Below, piece after piece: positions 17,563 to 27,068 of a stretch of 59,417 nt of DNA (its first letter is position 1; each line of letters opens with the position of its first letter). The notes beneath the pieces were generated by a model. That model was not told the origin of the DNA and made no database searches. It saw only the letters and a program-made list of their open reading frames with translations. The position numbers and the translations under genes are program-made. The stretch covers positions 1-59,417 of the IMG/VR virus record IMGVR_UViG_3300003322_000298, one strand, 5' to 3'. Origin of the DNA: a virus.

Positions 17563-19716
17563 ATGGCAGCCGGTTCGATCATCATCGACCTTCTCATGAA
17601 GACCGGGTCCTTCGAGACCGACACCGATCGGGCTGCGAAGGCGCTGGAGAAGTTCAATAAGAAGGCACAGGAGGTCGGCAAGACCATCGGCGTTGCCATT
17701 AGCGCGGCGGTGGTGGGCGCCGCCGCCGCCTTCGACCAACTCGTCAAGAGCGCGGCCGACTTTAAGGACCTGGAAGAGACGATCGGCGCCAGCGCGGAAG
17801 ACATCGCCTCGCTGTCGATCGCCGCCGCCACGGCCGGCGTGAGCATCGAGTCGGTGGCCGGCGCAACGATCAAGCTCACGAAGGGGCTGACCGGTGTTGA
17901 CGACGAATCCAAGGCAGCCGGCGCCGCCCTGGCGGCCCTCGGCATCAATATCGAAGAATTCAAGCGCCTGGATCCAGTTGGGCAGTATGAGGCCGTTGGC
18001 AAGGCGCTGTCCGGCTTCGCAGATGGCGCCCAGAAGACGGCTGTTGCGGTGGCACTCTTCGGCAAGACAGGCGCCGAGCAGCTACGCGTCTTCAAAGCGC
18101 TTGACGAGGCCGGCGGTCGTCAGGTGATCCTGACGCAGCAGCAGATCGAACTCGCGGACGCCTACGCCGACAAGCAAGCCAAGCAAGCCGCTACGCTTAA
18201 GGCATACGCCCAGACGATTGCCGTCGACGCGCTGCCGGCGTTCAACGATTTCACGCAGGCGCTCACCGAGGTCGTCAAGGCCTTCGCTGGCATTGACAAC
18301 GCCGGCAAGAAGCTGGCTGGCCAGAGCCAGGCCGCGGAGTTCGCGAAGACGGCGGCCGACAGCTTGGCGCTGATCGTCGACGCCGGCCAGATGGTCGTGC
18401 GCATCTTTGAGGCGATTGGAAAGTCGATCGGCGCCCGCCTGGCGCAGGTTGCGTCGTTCGCGCGCGGCGATTTCGCGGAGGCGATCCGCATCGGCAAGGA
18501 TGCAAAAGACGAAATTGATAGCCTCCTGAGCGCTGAGAGCTTCAGCCAGAAGCTGCAGAAGGTGCGAGACGCCAACAGGCTCGGCTCGCTCGGCCAAGGC
18601 TCGGCCGATCTGGCGCGGCGGGGACGCGGTCCGGCGGCGCTGCCTCAGATCGACTTCGAGGGCCCGCAGAAGGCAGCTAAGACACCGAAGGACAAGCTTA
18701 CCGACGCCGATCGCTACCTTGAGAAACTGCGCGAGTCGACGAGCAAGGCAAACGAACTGACGGCCGTCGAAACGCTGCTCGCCGACGTCCAGGCCGGGCG
18801 CTTCAAGGGCGCCAAGGCCGGCCAGTTGGAGACGGCGCTGTACTACGCCCAGCAGGTCGACGACGCCAAGAAGCTCACGGCGCAGGAAAAGGAACTCGTG
18901 CGGCAAGCCGACGAGATGGAGAAGAAAAGCAACGAGCTGCGCGATGCTGGCACCGATGTCTTCAAGAGCACGCGCACCGACGCCGAGAAGTACAGCGCCG
19001 AATTGATCCGACTCAACGGGTTGCTTTCGGCGGGCGCGATCGACTATGACACCTATGGGCGGGCTATCAAGTCGGCGGCCGAGCAGTTCGACGATGCCAC
19101 GAAGAAGCAGAAGGAGGTTCAGGCGGCCATCGACTCATCGCTGACGACGAACGCGGCAGACGCCTTCTCTGATTTCATTAGCGGCACGAAGAGCGCAAGC
19201 CAGGCTTTCAAGCAATTCGCGAACTCGGTGATCCTCGACCTAATCCGCATCGCGGCACAAGAGGCGGCCACCAAGTTGTTCGGCGACAGCAGCAAGGGCT
19301 CGGGCTCCGGCTTTGGAGCGCTGCTCGGCAAGATCTTCGGCAGTGGTGGTTCGGTCAATAGTGGGAACGGAGCCTTCCTCGGCGACTATGGCGATGCAGC
19401 GACGGGCCTCGCCACGGGCACGAACTACGTGCCGAACGATGGCTTTCGCGCCATCCTGCACAAGGGTGAGGCCGTGGTGCCGCGTGAGTACAACCCGGCG
19501 GCCGGCGGCATTGGTGGTGGCGGCGACGTACAGATCGTGACGCCGCCCGGCGTGCCAATGACGGCCCAGGTTCAGGAAGAGCAGCGCGACGGCCGCCGCC
19601 TGAAGAAGATCGTGTTGTCGACGATGGTGCAGGATGCTCAGGACGGTGGCGTCGGCATCAAGACGATCACGGGCGTGACGGGCACGAATCGCAAACTAGC
19701 GCGTCGAGGCCGCTGA
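17563..19716 (+). CDS. tape measure protein
   Basis: 717 aa, Ala-rich helical, directly after G/GT. Confidence 0.9.
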   Translation: MAAGSIIIDLLMKTGSFETDTDRAAKALEKFNKKAQEVGKTIGVAISAAVVGAAAAFDQLVKSAADFKDLEETIGASAEDIASLSIAAATAGVSIESVAGATIKLTKGLTGVDDESKAAGAALAALGINIEEFKRLDPVGQYEAVGKALSGFADGAQKTAVAVALFGKTGAEQLRVFKALDEAGGRQVILTQQQIELADAYADKQAKQAATLKAYAQTIAVDALPAFNDFTQALTEVVKAFAGIDNAGKKLAGQSQAAEFAKTAADSLALIVDAGQMVVRIFEAIGKSIGARLAQVASFARGDFAEAIRIGKDAKDEIDSLLSAESFSQKLQKVRDANRLGSLGQGSADLARRGRGPAALPQIDFEGPQKAAKTPKDKLTDADRYLEKLRESTSKANELTAVETLLADVQAGRFKGAKAGQLETALYYAQQVDDAKKLTAQEKELVRQADEMEKKSNELRDAGTDVFKSTRTDAEKYSAELIRLNGLLSAGAIDYDTYGRAIKSAAEQFDDATKKQKEVQAAIDSSLTTNAADAFSDFISGTKSASQAFKQFANSVILDLIRIAAQEAATKLFGDSSKGSGSGFGALLGKIFGSGGSVNSGNGAFLGDYGDAATGLATGTNYVPNDGFRAILHKGEAVVPREYNPAAGGIGGGGDVQIVTPPGVPMTAQVQEEQRDGRRLKKIVLSTMVQDAQDGGVGIKTITGVTGTNRKLARRGR

Positions 19717-19717
19717 C

Positions 19718-20212
19718 ATGCCGCTACCAAACCTCGTAATGCCGTCAAGCCTGCCGGCGTTCCTGATCGCCGGGCACGATTTCCAGTATCAGTCGCCATT
19801 TGCCAACATCGACATGGGTACCGGAGAATCGCGCAGGCGTCGCGTGGTGACACGACGACCGCACATCGCGAGTTGCAGCCTTCTGCTGGAACAGAGCCAA
19901 GCCGCGGACTTCCAACTCTTCTATCGCGATGGCCTGAAGAATGGCGAGCGCAGCTTCGCGGCGCGTGTGGCTCAGCAGGGCTTCGGTACCGTTTGGTACA
20001 CCGCGCAGTTCGTCGCTCCATACAACGCGACCGCGCTTCATCTGCGCCGCTGGCGCATCGACACTCAGCTGCGCCTGATAGGTGAGGCCAGCGAGACCGG
20101 GCCGACGCTTGGCGCCTTCGCGGCCAGCTCCGGCATGGAAGTGGTCGGCACGGGCGAGTTGCTACTCGTCTTGAACGTCAGCGCGTCTTCTGGCATGGAG
20201 GTGACCAGCTGA
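19718..20212 (+). CDS. minor tail protein
   Basis: First gene after the tape measure in a lambda-like order. Confidence 0.6.
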   Translation: MPLPNLVMPSSLPAFLIAGHDFQYQSPFANIDMGTGESRRRRVVTRRPHIASCSLLLEQSQAADFQLFYRDGLKNGERSFAARVAQQGFGTVWYTAQFVAPYNATALHLRRWRIDTQLRLIGEASETGPTLGAFAASSGMEVVGTGELLLVLNVSASSGMEVTS

Positions 20213-21195
20213 TGGCAGCCATTACGACTCCCGACTTGCTGCCGTGTCCGTCGGCGCTATCGCTATCGGCTTATGACATGCGCCTATCTTCTGACCCGGC
20301 GGGACGAGGTCCCGTCGAGCTGCGCGCGATCGAGCAGGACGAGCGCCAGACGCAGCAGCTGCAGTTCGTCTGTAGCCCGGCCCAGACTCAGGTCTTTCGG
20401 CAGTTCTGGACGGAAACGCTTGTCTTCGGCGGCGCGTGGTTCTCCGCGCCGGCAAGCTGGCCGGCGATCGAGGGTCTCGGCGTGGTCAAGGTCCGCCGCT
20501 TCACAAGTGCGCCCCAGTTCGCATCGCTTGGCAACGGCTTCACGCGTATTACCATCGACTGCGAGGCGCGAGGCAACACCGTGTTGCCGAACACGCCGAC
20601 GCCGCCCGAGCCGCCGGCACCGGACATCCGCATCAGGCTCGACACGCGTGCGCCCGCCGGCATGGTCTTCGGCGCAGCCTACCTGGCCGACTACGGCTCG
20701 GCCGGTACATTCGACGCGTCCACGGTTGGCTTCCAGGAGGTGGGCAGCCAGGCCGAGCTGATTGCCGGCACGCTGCCGGAGTTCCATGGTGTCTACGACG
20801 CCGACAACGGGCTGCCGACAGCATCGGCACGCAGCACGACGCATGACATCGGCACCGAGTATCGAGTCGTGGAGTTCCATATCGACGCGCTGCCGGCAGG
20901 CGTGACGGTGGCAATCGGCTGCTACACGCGAAGCCTGGGGCCAGGCGGAAACCTGGAAGACTTCCTCATGCAGTTCTCGTCGATCTCGGCCTACTGGATG
21001 TCGAACGGCCGATCGAACGGATACGGGCAGATCGAACATGACACCATCGCCTATGCGGCCGGCGATGTACTTGGCATGGTCTTTAATGGCGTGGACCAGG
21101 AGTGCGCGATCTACCTTAATGGCGTGCAGATCGAAATTCTGGACATGGCCGACAACAATGGCATTTACTTTTATGCCTCGATGAGACCCTTCTAA
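20212..21195 (+). CDS. tail protein, unknown role
   Basis: ORF coupled (TGATG) to its neighbours in the tail tip block. Confidence 0.6.
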   Translation: MAAITTPDLLPCPSALSLSAYDMRLSSDPAGRGPVELRAIEQDERQTQQLQFVCSPAQTQVFRQFWTETLVFGGAWFSAPASWPAIEGLGVVKVRRFTSAPQFASLGNGFTRITIDCEARGNTVLPNTPTPPEPPAPDIRIRLDTRAPAGMVFGAAYLADYGSAGTFDASTVGFQEVGSQAELIAGTLPEFHGVYDADNGLPTASARSTTHDIGTEYRVVEFHIDALPAGVTVAIGCYTRSLGPGGNLEDFLMQFSSISAYWMSNGRSNGYGQIEHDTIAYAAGDVLGMVFNGVDQECAIYLNGVQIEILDMADNNGIYFYASMRPF

Positions 21196-21764
21196 TGCCT
21201 GTCTACCTCGAACCGTTGAATGGGATCAGCTACAGCGAGGCCATGGCCGAGTCTGCGGTCGGCGCGCGCATCGATCGCGTCATCCTGTCCACCTTCGAGC
21301 TGTGGCACCCCGTGATGGGCGCCGCGCCGATTCGTGCCGTTGTGGACACGGAACCGCTCACCGCAACGCTGGAGGCGACGGCGCCGCGCAACCCAGGCGA
21401 GACCGTCGACTTCATTCCGTCGCAGCTGCAGATCGAATACCCCGAGGAATCGGAGAACGCCAACAGCCCGACACTGACGATTACCGTCAGCAACGTCTCG
21501 CGGCTGATCAAAGACGTGTTAGATCAGATCAGGGCCAGCACCGACCCCGAGGTGCTGTATGGAAAGTGGGAATTGATCGAGCGCATCTATGCGAGCGATG
21601 ACACCACGGCGCCCGCGAAGATGCCGCCCTTCCAGCTCACGCTGACGAAGGTTCGCACGCAGGGCGCCGTCACCACGCTCACGGCTGCCTACCGCGACAG
21701 CGCGAATACAGCTATCCCGGCGATCACATTCACGCCCGAGGCCTACCCGGGTCTGTTGTCATGA
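21195..21764 (+). CDS. DUF1833-like minor tail protein
   Basis: 189 aa. Position upstream of the NlpC/P60 gene and sequence character. Confidence 0.6.
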   Translation: MPVYLEPLNGISYSEAMAESAVGARIDRVILSTFELWHPVMGAAPIRAVVDTEPLTATLEATAPRNPGETVDFIPSQLQIEYPEESENANSPTLTITVSNVSRLIKDVLDQIRASTDPEVLYGKWELIERIYASDDTTAPAKMPPFQLTLTKVRTQGAVTTLTAAYRDSANTAIPAITFTPEAYPGLLS

Positions 21765-22186
21765 AGCACTGGGCGCTCAAGCACATAGGCAGCGACTATT
21801 TCCAAGTCGGCACATGCCGCGGCCTGGTGCAGATCTGCTGCCATGAGCGCTTCGGCGATGAACTTCCATGGATGAGCGACGAGGGCCAGATCAGGAAGGC
21901 GGCGAAGCAAGGCGGATGGAAGCGTGTACGCGGCTCCGATCCCATCGCTGTCTGCGCTGCGGACGACATCGCCGTGATGATCGATCAGCGCGGTTTCCGT
22001 CATGTGGGCTTCGTGGTCGACGACGGCGCAGGCAGCCTTGGTCTACTGCATGCATTCGGCACACCGGAGAAGGGCGGCTCTGTAGTATTCGATCCGTGGC
22101 CAGAGGCAAAAGCCCGCGGCCTTCACAACTTCGAGTTTTGGCGCCATGCAACACGTTTCAGTCACGCATATTCGCCAGCCGTTTAA
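21761..22186 (+). CDS. NlpC/P60-family tail protein (gpK-like)
   Basis: Conserved Cys early (QVGTCRGLV) and His later (FRHVGFVV), in gpK position. Confidence 0.72.
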   Translation: MKHWALKHIGSDYFQVGTCRGLVQICCHERFGDELPWMSDEGQIRKAAKQGGWKRVRGSDPIAVCAADDIAVMIDQRGFRHVGFVVDDGAGSLGLLHAFGTPEKGGSVVFDPWPEAKARGLHNFEFWRHATRFSHAYSPAV

Positions 22187-24842
22187 CGTCGAGGTCTCGA
22201 AGACATCGGCACAGGCTGGGTGCACGCTGCAGGAGTTGGCGCCGCGCGGGCATGTCATCTGCCGCGTCAACGGAGGCCCGGGGTTCGTCTCGCGCAAGCA
22301 ATGGGCCTACGACACGCGCCCCGGCGACATCGTCGAGTTCATCGAGTATCCGGCCGACGCTGACGAATACGGCGGCATCATTCAGATTGCAGTCGCCACA
22401 GTCGTGGCCGTCTATACCGGCAATTACGAACTCATCGCGCTTGCGTTCGCGAGCGTGTTTGCCTCGGTCATCAATGAGCCAGACGTGAACACGCCGCAGG
22501 AGCAGGCTGCGCAGTTCGCTGGCGCCAACGGCCTGCAGGGCAATGCCGCCCGCTTGTATGACCCCGTGCCGAAGCTGGTGGGGCGCCGCAAGTTCTTCCC
22601 GCCCTATGCGGCCCAGCCATATCAAGAGTTCAACGAGAGCAATGAGCAGTTTCTGTTCGCGCTCTTTGCTGTCACGAATGGTCGACTCGATGTCGAGCGC
22701 ACGCTGATCGACGACACCGACATCACGCATTTCCAGGACGTGCTGACAATCAACTATCTGCAGCCAGGTGATGCACCGACGCTCGTTCTACCCAACGTCA
22801 TCAATTCTCTGGAAGTCGGTTCGCAAGAGTTCCTGACGGGGACCATTGTCGGCCCCTTCGTCGCATGCGGCGCCGGCTTCACGGTGAAACAGCTGGGCAT
22901 CGACATCGTGGCGCCGCGCGGCCTCGGCACGGCCGACAGCGACGGCAACGTGAGCGGCCTGGAGGTGTCGCTGCGCATTGACATCGCAGAGGTGAATGCC
23001 TTCGGAACGCGCATCACACCCTTCTCAATTCTGCAGACGGAGACCTTCACGCGCGCCAGCCGTGAGGTGCAGCGCATATCCTTCAAATACGACATCGACC
23101 CGCCGCGTCGCATCCAGGTGCGCATTACCCGCATGGACGTGAAGAGCACGAACATCAGGGTTTTGAACGACCTGGTTTGGGCTGGCATGCGCGCCTATCT
23201 GAATGAGCCGGCGCCACTAAATCCGAACGTGACTCACCTGGAGGTGGTCATGCGCAGTAGCAAGCAATTGAGCGGGGTCTCGCAGAACCGCATTGGCATC
23301 GTGGGCACTGGTCACGTCGCAGAGGTGCTTTCCGATGGCACGCGCGGCTCCGAGCGTGCCTCTCGCAACCCAGCCGAGATCCTCGCCGATCTCTGGCTCT
23401 CGCCGACTTGGGGTGAGGGACTGCCAATCGACCGCGTGGACATGGCGACGCTATACCAGATGAAGGTGCTCTGCGACGCCCGTCAGGACCGCTTCGATTA
23501 CGTCTTCGAAAGCGCGCAGGATGCTGACTCCGCTGCTCAACTCATTGCCGGCTCCTTCCGGGCACGCGCCTTCCGGCGTGGCGGCGTTCGCACGCTGTGG
23601 CGCGACCAGAAAACGCCGCTTCCTCGGTCCGCTTTCCACACGCGCAACACGCGGCCAGGATCGATGGTAGATGAGGAGTTGCTGCCGCAAGACCGCATGC
23701 CAGATGGCTACATCATCGAGTTCATGGATGGTCGGTCGTGGAACTACGGCGCGCCCATCGAGTGCCCGGCACCTGGTGTCGATGTCATGCAGGACCCGCA
23801 GCGCGTGCGCATCGAAGGCGTGACCGGGCGCATCCACGCGACGCGCGAGGGTCTATACATGGCAGCCCGCCTGGCCTACCGTCGCCGCACGGTGGGATGC
23901 GTCACCGAAATGCAGGGCGTGCTGTCGACATGTGGAACCGCAGTGCGCTGGCAAACCGAGCACATGCGCTACTGGAAGGCCGGTGACGTGGTGGACTGGG
24001 ATGCCGACGCGCTGCTCATGACGCTCAGCGAGCCAGTTGACTGGAGCCAGGGAACGAAACAGATCGTGCTACAGCTCGACGACAACACACTGACCGAACC
24101 CATCGGCGTAACGCCGGGGCCGCTGACGACGCAGGTCGTGCTGGCCGAGGACCCAGGCTTCACGCCATTGACCGATGACGGCTACCGCGACCGCACGCAG
24201 TACCTGCTCGGCGCGCCAGGAGTCGAAGAGCTGATCGCGAAAATCACCAACGTGAACGATGGCGGCATCGAGCAGGGCGCGCAGCTGTACGAGATCGGCG
24301 CCTTTGTCGACGACGACCGGGTGCACGACGCTGACCTATCACTCTTGCCTGCACCAGGCGAGATCCAAGACCCAGTCGACCCAGGGGAAGACACGGGCGG
24401 TGGCGGCACGCTTCCGGTCGTCTATTTGCCAGATCGGGTGATCGACAAGCATCTGAGAAGTGACTTCACGACAGAGGTCTCGGTGTGGTTCACATTGGGC
24501 GGAAACGGAGTGCTTACCACCTCTGGCAATGCGCCAGGTCCGACGCCAAGCACGGCGAACCAATGGCTATACGTGTCGCCTGTTGACACCACGATTACCA
24601 ATCAGTTCGAGGTCATGGTTACGAGGCTTTCCGGCTCGATCGACGCTGGTGACCTGGACCCTGTCTCTTCTGCGCTCGACACATGGCTGTCGCTCGACGC
24701 TGACAGGACTTGGAGCATTACCACCACCGATGACCACAAGGACATTCAACTGCAGGTCCAGATTCGGGAAATAGCGACGGGACTGGTGCAGGTGAGCGCG
24801 TTCTTCAGTTTGTCCGTCACGCTAATCACGGCAGGCGGCTGA
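22146..24842 (+). CDS. host-specificity/tail tip protein (gpI-gpJ-like)
   Basis: 898 aa. N-terminal gpI-like segment (VNGG...GDIVEFIEYP), then a J-like body. Confidence 0.82.
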   Translation: MQHVSVTHIRQPFNVEVSKTSAQAGCTLQELAPRGHVICRVNGGPGFVSRKQWAYDTRPGDIVEFIEYPADADEYGGIIQIAVATVVAVYTGNYELIALAFASVFASVINEPDVNTPQEQAAQFAGANGLQGNAARLYDPVPKLVGRRKFFPPYAAQPYQEFNESNEQFLFALFAVTNGRLDVERTLIDDTDITHFQDVLTINYLQPGDAPTLVLPNVINSLEVGSQEFLTGTIVGPFVACGAGFTVKQLGIDIVAPRGLGTADSDGNVSGLEVSLRIDIAEVNAFGTRITPFSILQTETFTRASREVQRISFKYDIDPPRRIQVRITRMDVKSTNIRVLNDLVWAGMRAYLNEPAPLNPNVTHLEVVMRSSKQLSGVSQNRIGIVGTGHVAEVLSDGTRGSERASRNPAEILADLWLSPTWGEGLPIDRVDMATLYQMKVLCDARQDRFDYVFESAQDADSAAQLIAGSFRARAFRRGGVRTLWRDQKTPLPRSAFHTRNTRPGSMVDEELLPQDRMPDGYIIEFMDGRSWNYGAPIECPAPGVDVMQDPQRVRIEGVTGRIHATREGLYMAARLAYRRRTVGCVTEMQGVLSTCGTAVRWQTEHMRYWKAGDVVDWDADALLMTLSEPVDWSQGTKQIVLQLDDNTLTEPIGVTPGPLTTQVVLAEDPGFTPLTDDGYRDRTQYLLGAPGVEELIAKITNVNDGGIEQGAQLYEIGAFVDDDRVHDADLSLLPAPGEIQDPVDPGEDTGGGGTLPVVYLPDRVIDKHLRSDFTTEVSVWFTLGGNGVLTTSGNAPGPTPSTANQWLYVSPVDTTITNQFEVMVTRLSGSIDAGDLDPVSSALDTWLSLDADRTWSITTTDDHKDIQLQVQIREIATGLVQVSAFFSLSVTLITAGG

Positions 24843-24881
24843 CGGCACACACCCGACAAGGAAGAAAAGGATCTGTCTGTC

Positions 24882-25706
24882 ATGGATCTCACAACCTACT
24901 CACGCCAAGCATTCGGCGAAATGATGCAGGGCACCGCACTTACTTTGCCTTCGTCATGGTGGGTCGGCCTGGCTACGTTGGACACTGACGGTAACCCAGA
25001 GGAGCCGGTGGACAGCGACTACCAGCGTCAGGAGGTCGCGCGCTCGCTCACGGCCTGGGCGGGCACGCAGGGACCTGGAACGGTTCTCGCGAGCACTGGT
25101 ATCACGCACAAGACCAGCAACAACGCCGAGATAAATTTCGGCCCGTCTGCCTTCGCGTGGGCGCCAACCCATGTCGTGATCTTCGACGACGAGGTGGGCG
25201 GCAATTGCTGGTTCTCGATCGAGATCGCCGGCCTCAATGTCGACAGCGAGATGCCGGTGAGTTTCGCGGCAGGCACGTTAGAGATCGTTTTTGGTCTTTC
25301 CAGCGGAACGAGCGACTACTTGTCAAACAAGCTGATTGACCTGGTTTTCCGCGCCCAGGGCTATACGTGGCCGGCTACCGTGTATGCCGCCTACACCACA
25401 ACGATGCCGACCAACTCAGTGGCCGGTACTGAGCCCAGCATCGGGACGGGTTATGCGAGAACAGCACTGGCCTCCACGACAGGCGTCTTTTCGTTGACCG
25501 ATGGCGTCGTCAGCAATATCGCCGAAGTCGCCTTCAATCCTCCGTTGCTCGATCAGGGTAATGTGGTGGGCCAGATGCTAATGGATGATTCGGGTGTCGC
25601 TAACGTCCTCTTCTTCGGCCCGCTCACCGGCTATCCATACACAGTGCAGGGAGGAGGTGCATCGCCACGCTATCCGGCTGGCCAGCTACAGTTTTTCTTC
25701 GCCTGA
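24882..25706 (+). CDS. hypothetical tail-associated protein with two homologous halves
   Basis: The ORF follows the J-like gene. N- and C-terminal halves share a pattern ending ...NF/FN...VV..D..G..LFF. Confidence 0.6.
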   Translation: MDLTTYSRQAFGEMMQGTALTLPSSWWVGLATLDTDGNPEEPVDSDYQRQEVARSLTAWAGTQGPGTVLASTGITHKTSNNAEINFGPSAFAWAPTHVVIFDDEVGGNCWFSIEIAGLNVDSEMPVSFAAGTLEIVFGLSSGTSDYLSNKLIDLVFRAQGYTWPATVYAAYTTTMPTNSVAGTEPSIGTGYARTALASTTGVFSLTDGVVSNIAEVAFNPPLLDQGNVVGQMLMDDSGVANVLFFGPLTGYPYTVQGGGASPRYPAGQLQFFFA

Positions 25707-25733
25707 AAAGGCATCAACCGCGAAAGGCAGGTC

Positions 25734-25940
25734 ATGTCAAACGCAGTCATCTGGGTTCTCGTGATTCTCGGCATCCTCGTCGGCATCGCCATCTGGTCGA
25801 AGCGCGGCGACAAGTCGCGGCAGGAGCCGCCACCCGAGCCGGCCCCGTCGCCCGAGCCGACGGCACCCGTCATCCATCCAGAAGGCGGTCCGCCCGAGCC
25901 TGACCCCGGCGGCGGCCCACCTCCCGGCACGCCGCCGTGA
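25734..25940 (+). CDS. small membrane protein with Pro-rich tail
   Basis: One N-terminal TM helix followed by PEPAPSPEPTAP...GGGPPPGTPP. Confidence 0.5.
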   Translation: MSNAVIWVLVILGILVGIAIWSKRGDKSRQEPPPEPAPSPEPTAPVIHPEGGPPEPDPGGGPPPGTPP

Positions 25941-26302
25941 GACACCGCATCACGGCACTCGTGCTGCTGGTGGCCGGCATGATGTCGAGCTATGCCTACT
26001 ATCACGCAGACCCGGAGAATCAGGCGCTCGTGTGGAACCTCAGCACGAACGCGCTGTGCCTGCTCCTCTTGGCCTTCATCGCAGCCGTCTATGCCAGCTG
26101 GGAAGTAGTGGCCGTCTGCGCAGTTATCGGCGGCTTCAAGGCCGCCGTCGTCGCCTGCAGCACGTGGTTCTACTTCGCGCCGTGGCCTGTCGTGCCTGGA
26201 AAGCCGCTGTGTTCGCAGCGACTTGACATGCCTTTAGGCGTGGTGGGACTGATAATTGGCGCGCTTCTCGTCATCGAACTCGCAGGAGGCAAAAACCAAT
26301 GA
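25937..26302 (+). CDS. multi-pass membrane protein
   Basis: GTG start overlapping the upstream stop. About four hydrophobic helices. Confidence 0.55.
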   Translation: MRHRITALVLLVAGMMSSYAYYHADPENQALVWNLSTNALCLLLLAFIAAVYASWEVVAVCAVIGGFKAAVVACSTWFYFAPWPVVPGKPLCSQRLDMPLGVVGLIIGALLVIELAGGKNQ

Positions 26303-26703
26303 GCGACATCACCACCAGTGCCGCCGTATGCGCCACGACAGGCGCGGTTGCCGCGCCATTCTGTGCAGCTTTCGGTTTCGACGTGACCCTGCTGATCGGC
26401 GGCCTGGTAGGCGGCTTGATCGGCTGCATCATTGCTCAAACGTTGCTGCCGGACAAATCCGACCTCTCCTTTCGGCGTCTTCTTGGGATCATGATCGGAT
26501 CCGTCCTACTCGCGGCGATCGTCACGCTTCTAATCTCGCCGTGGGCGATCAAGAAGCTAGACCTCGCCGATGTGGCTCCGGGTGCTGTTCGCCTTGCTCT
26601 CGGGGCACTCATCGGAGCATTTGCCCAGCCGATCGCGATCAAGCTCGGGCAAGTCGTGACCTCATGGATCGATCGCGTCAGCGAGAAAAAGGAGTCGACA
26701 TGA
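26299..26703 (+). CDS. putative holin
   Basis: 134 aa with three hydrophobic segments, in the lysis region. Confidence 0.5.
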   Translation: MSDITTSAAVCATTGAVAAPFCAAFGFDVTLLIGGLVGGLIGCIIAQTLLPDKSDLSFRRLLGIMIGSVLLAAIVTLLISPWAIKKLDLADVAPGAVRLALGALIGAFAQPIAIKLGQVVTSWIDRVSEKKEST

Positions 26704-27068
26704 TCGTTCTGGACTATATGAACGCCATGGCTTGCGCGGTGCTACTAGTGCTGGTGTGGCCAGTAGCGAACGCCATGCACAACCGCGGCTTCTGGCTGCA
26801 GCGGATCGGGCTCTGGCTCATCGCCTTCTCGCTCGGCCTCCAGGTATGTGCCCCCTTCTTCGACTTCATCCCAGACGCGACGCCTCTCGGCTCGGTCTTT
26901 ATGACGATCCTCGCTGTCGTCGCCGTACGCCACCGGCACCAGGTCATGGCCGTCGTGAGGCTTGCCGTCGGTGAGATCGCCGCAGATTCGGAGCATCCCA
27001 TGAGGCGCGTCGAAGACCTTCAAACTTCCCAGTTGATGGCCGTCCGTGGCCGAGGAGCCCAGCAATGA
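26700..27068 (+). CDS. membrane protein
   Basis: ATG 26700 (ATGA coupling). Three hydrophobic helices. Confidence 0.55.
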   Translation: MIVLDYMNAMACAVLLVLVWPVANAMHNRGFWLQRIGLWLIAFSLGLQVCAPFFDFIPDATPLGSVFMTILAVVAVRHRHQVMAVVRLAVGEIAADSEHPMRRVEDLQTSQLMAVRGRGAQQ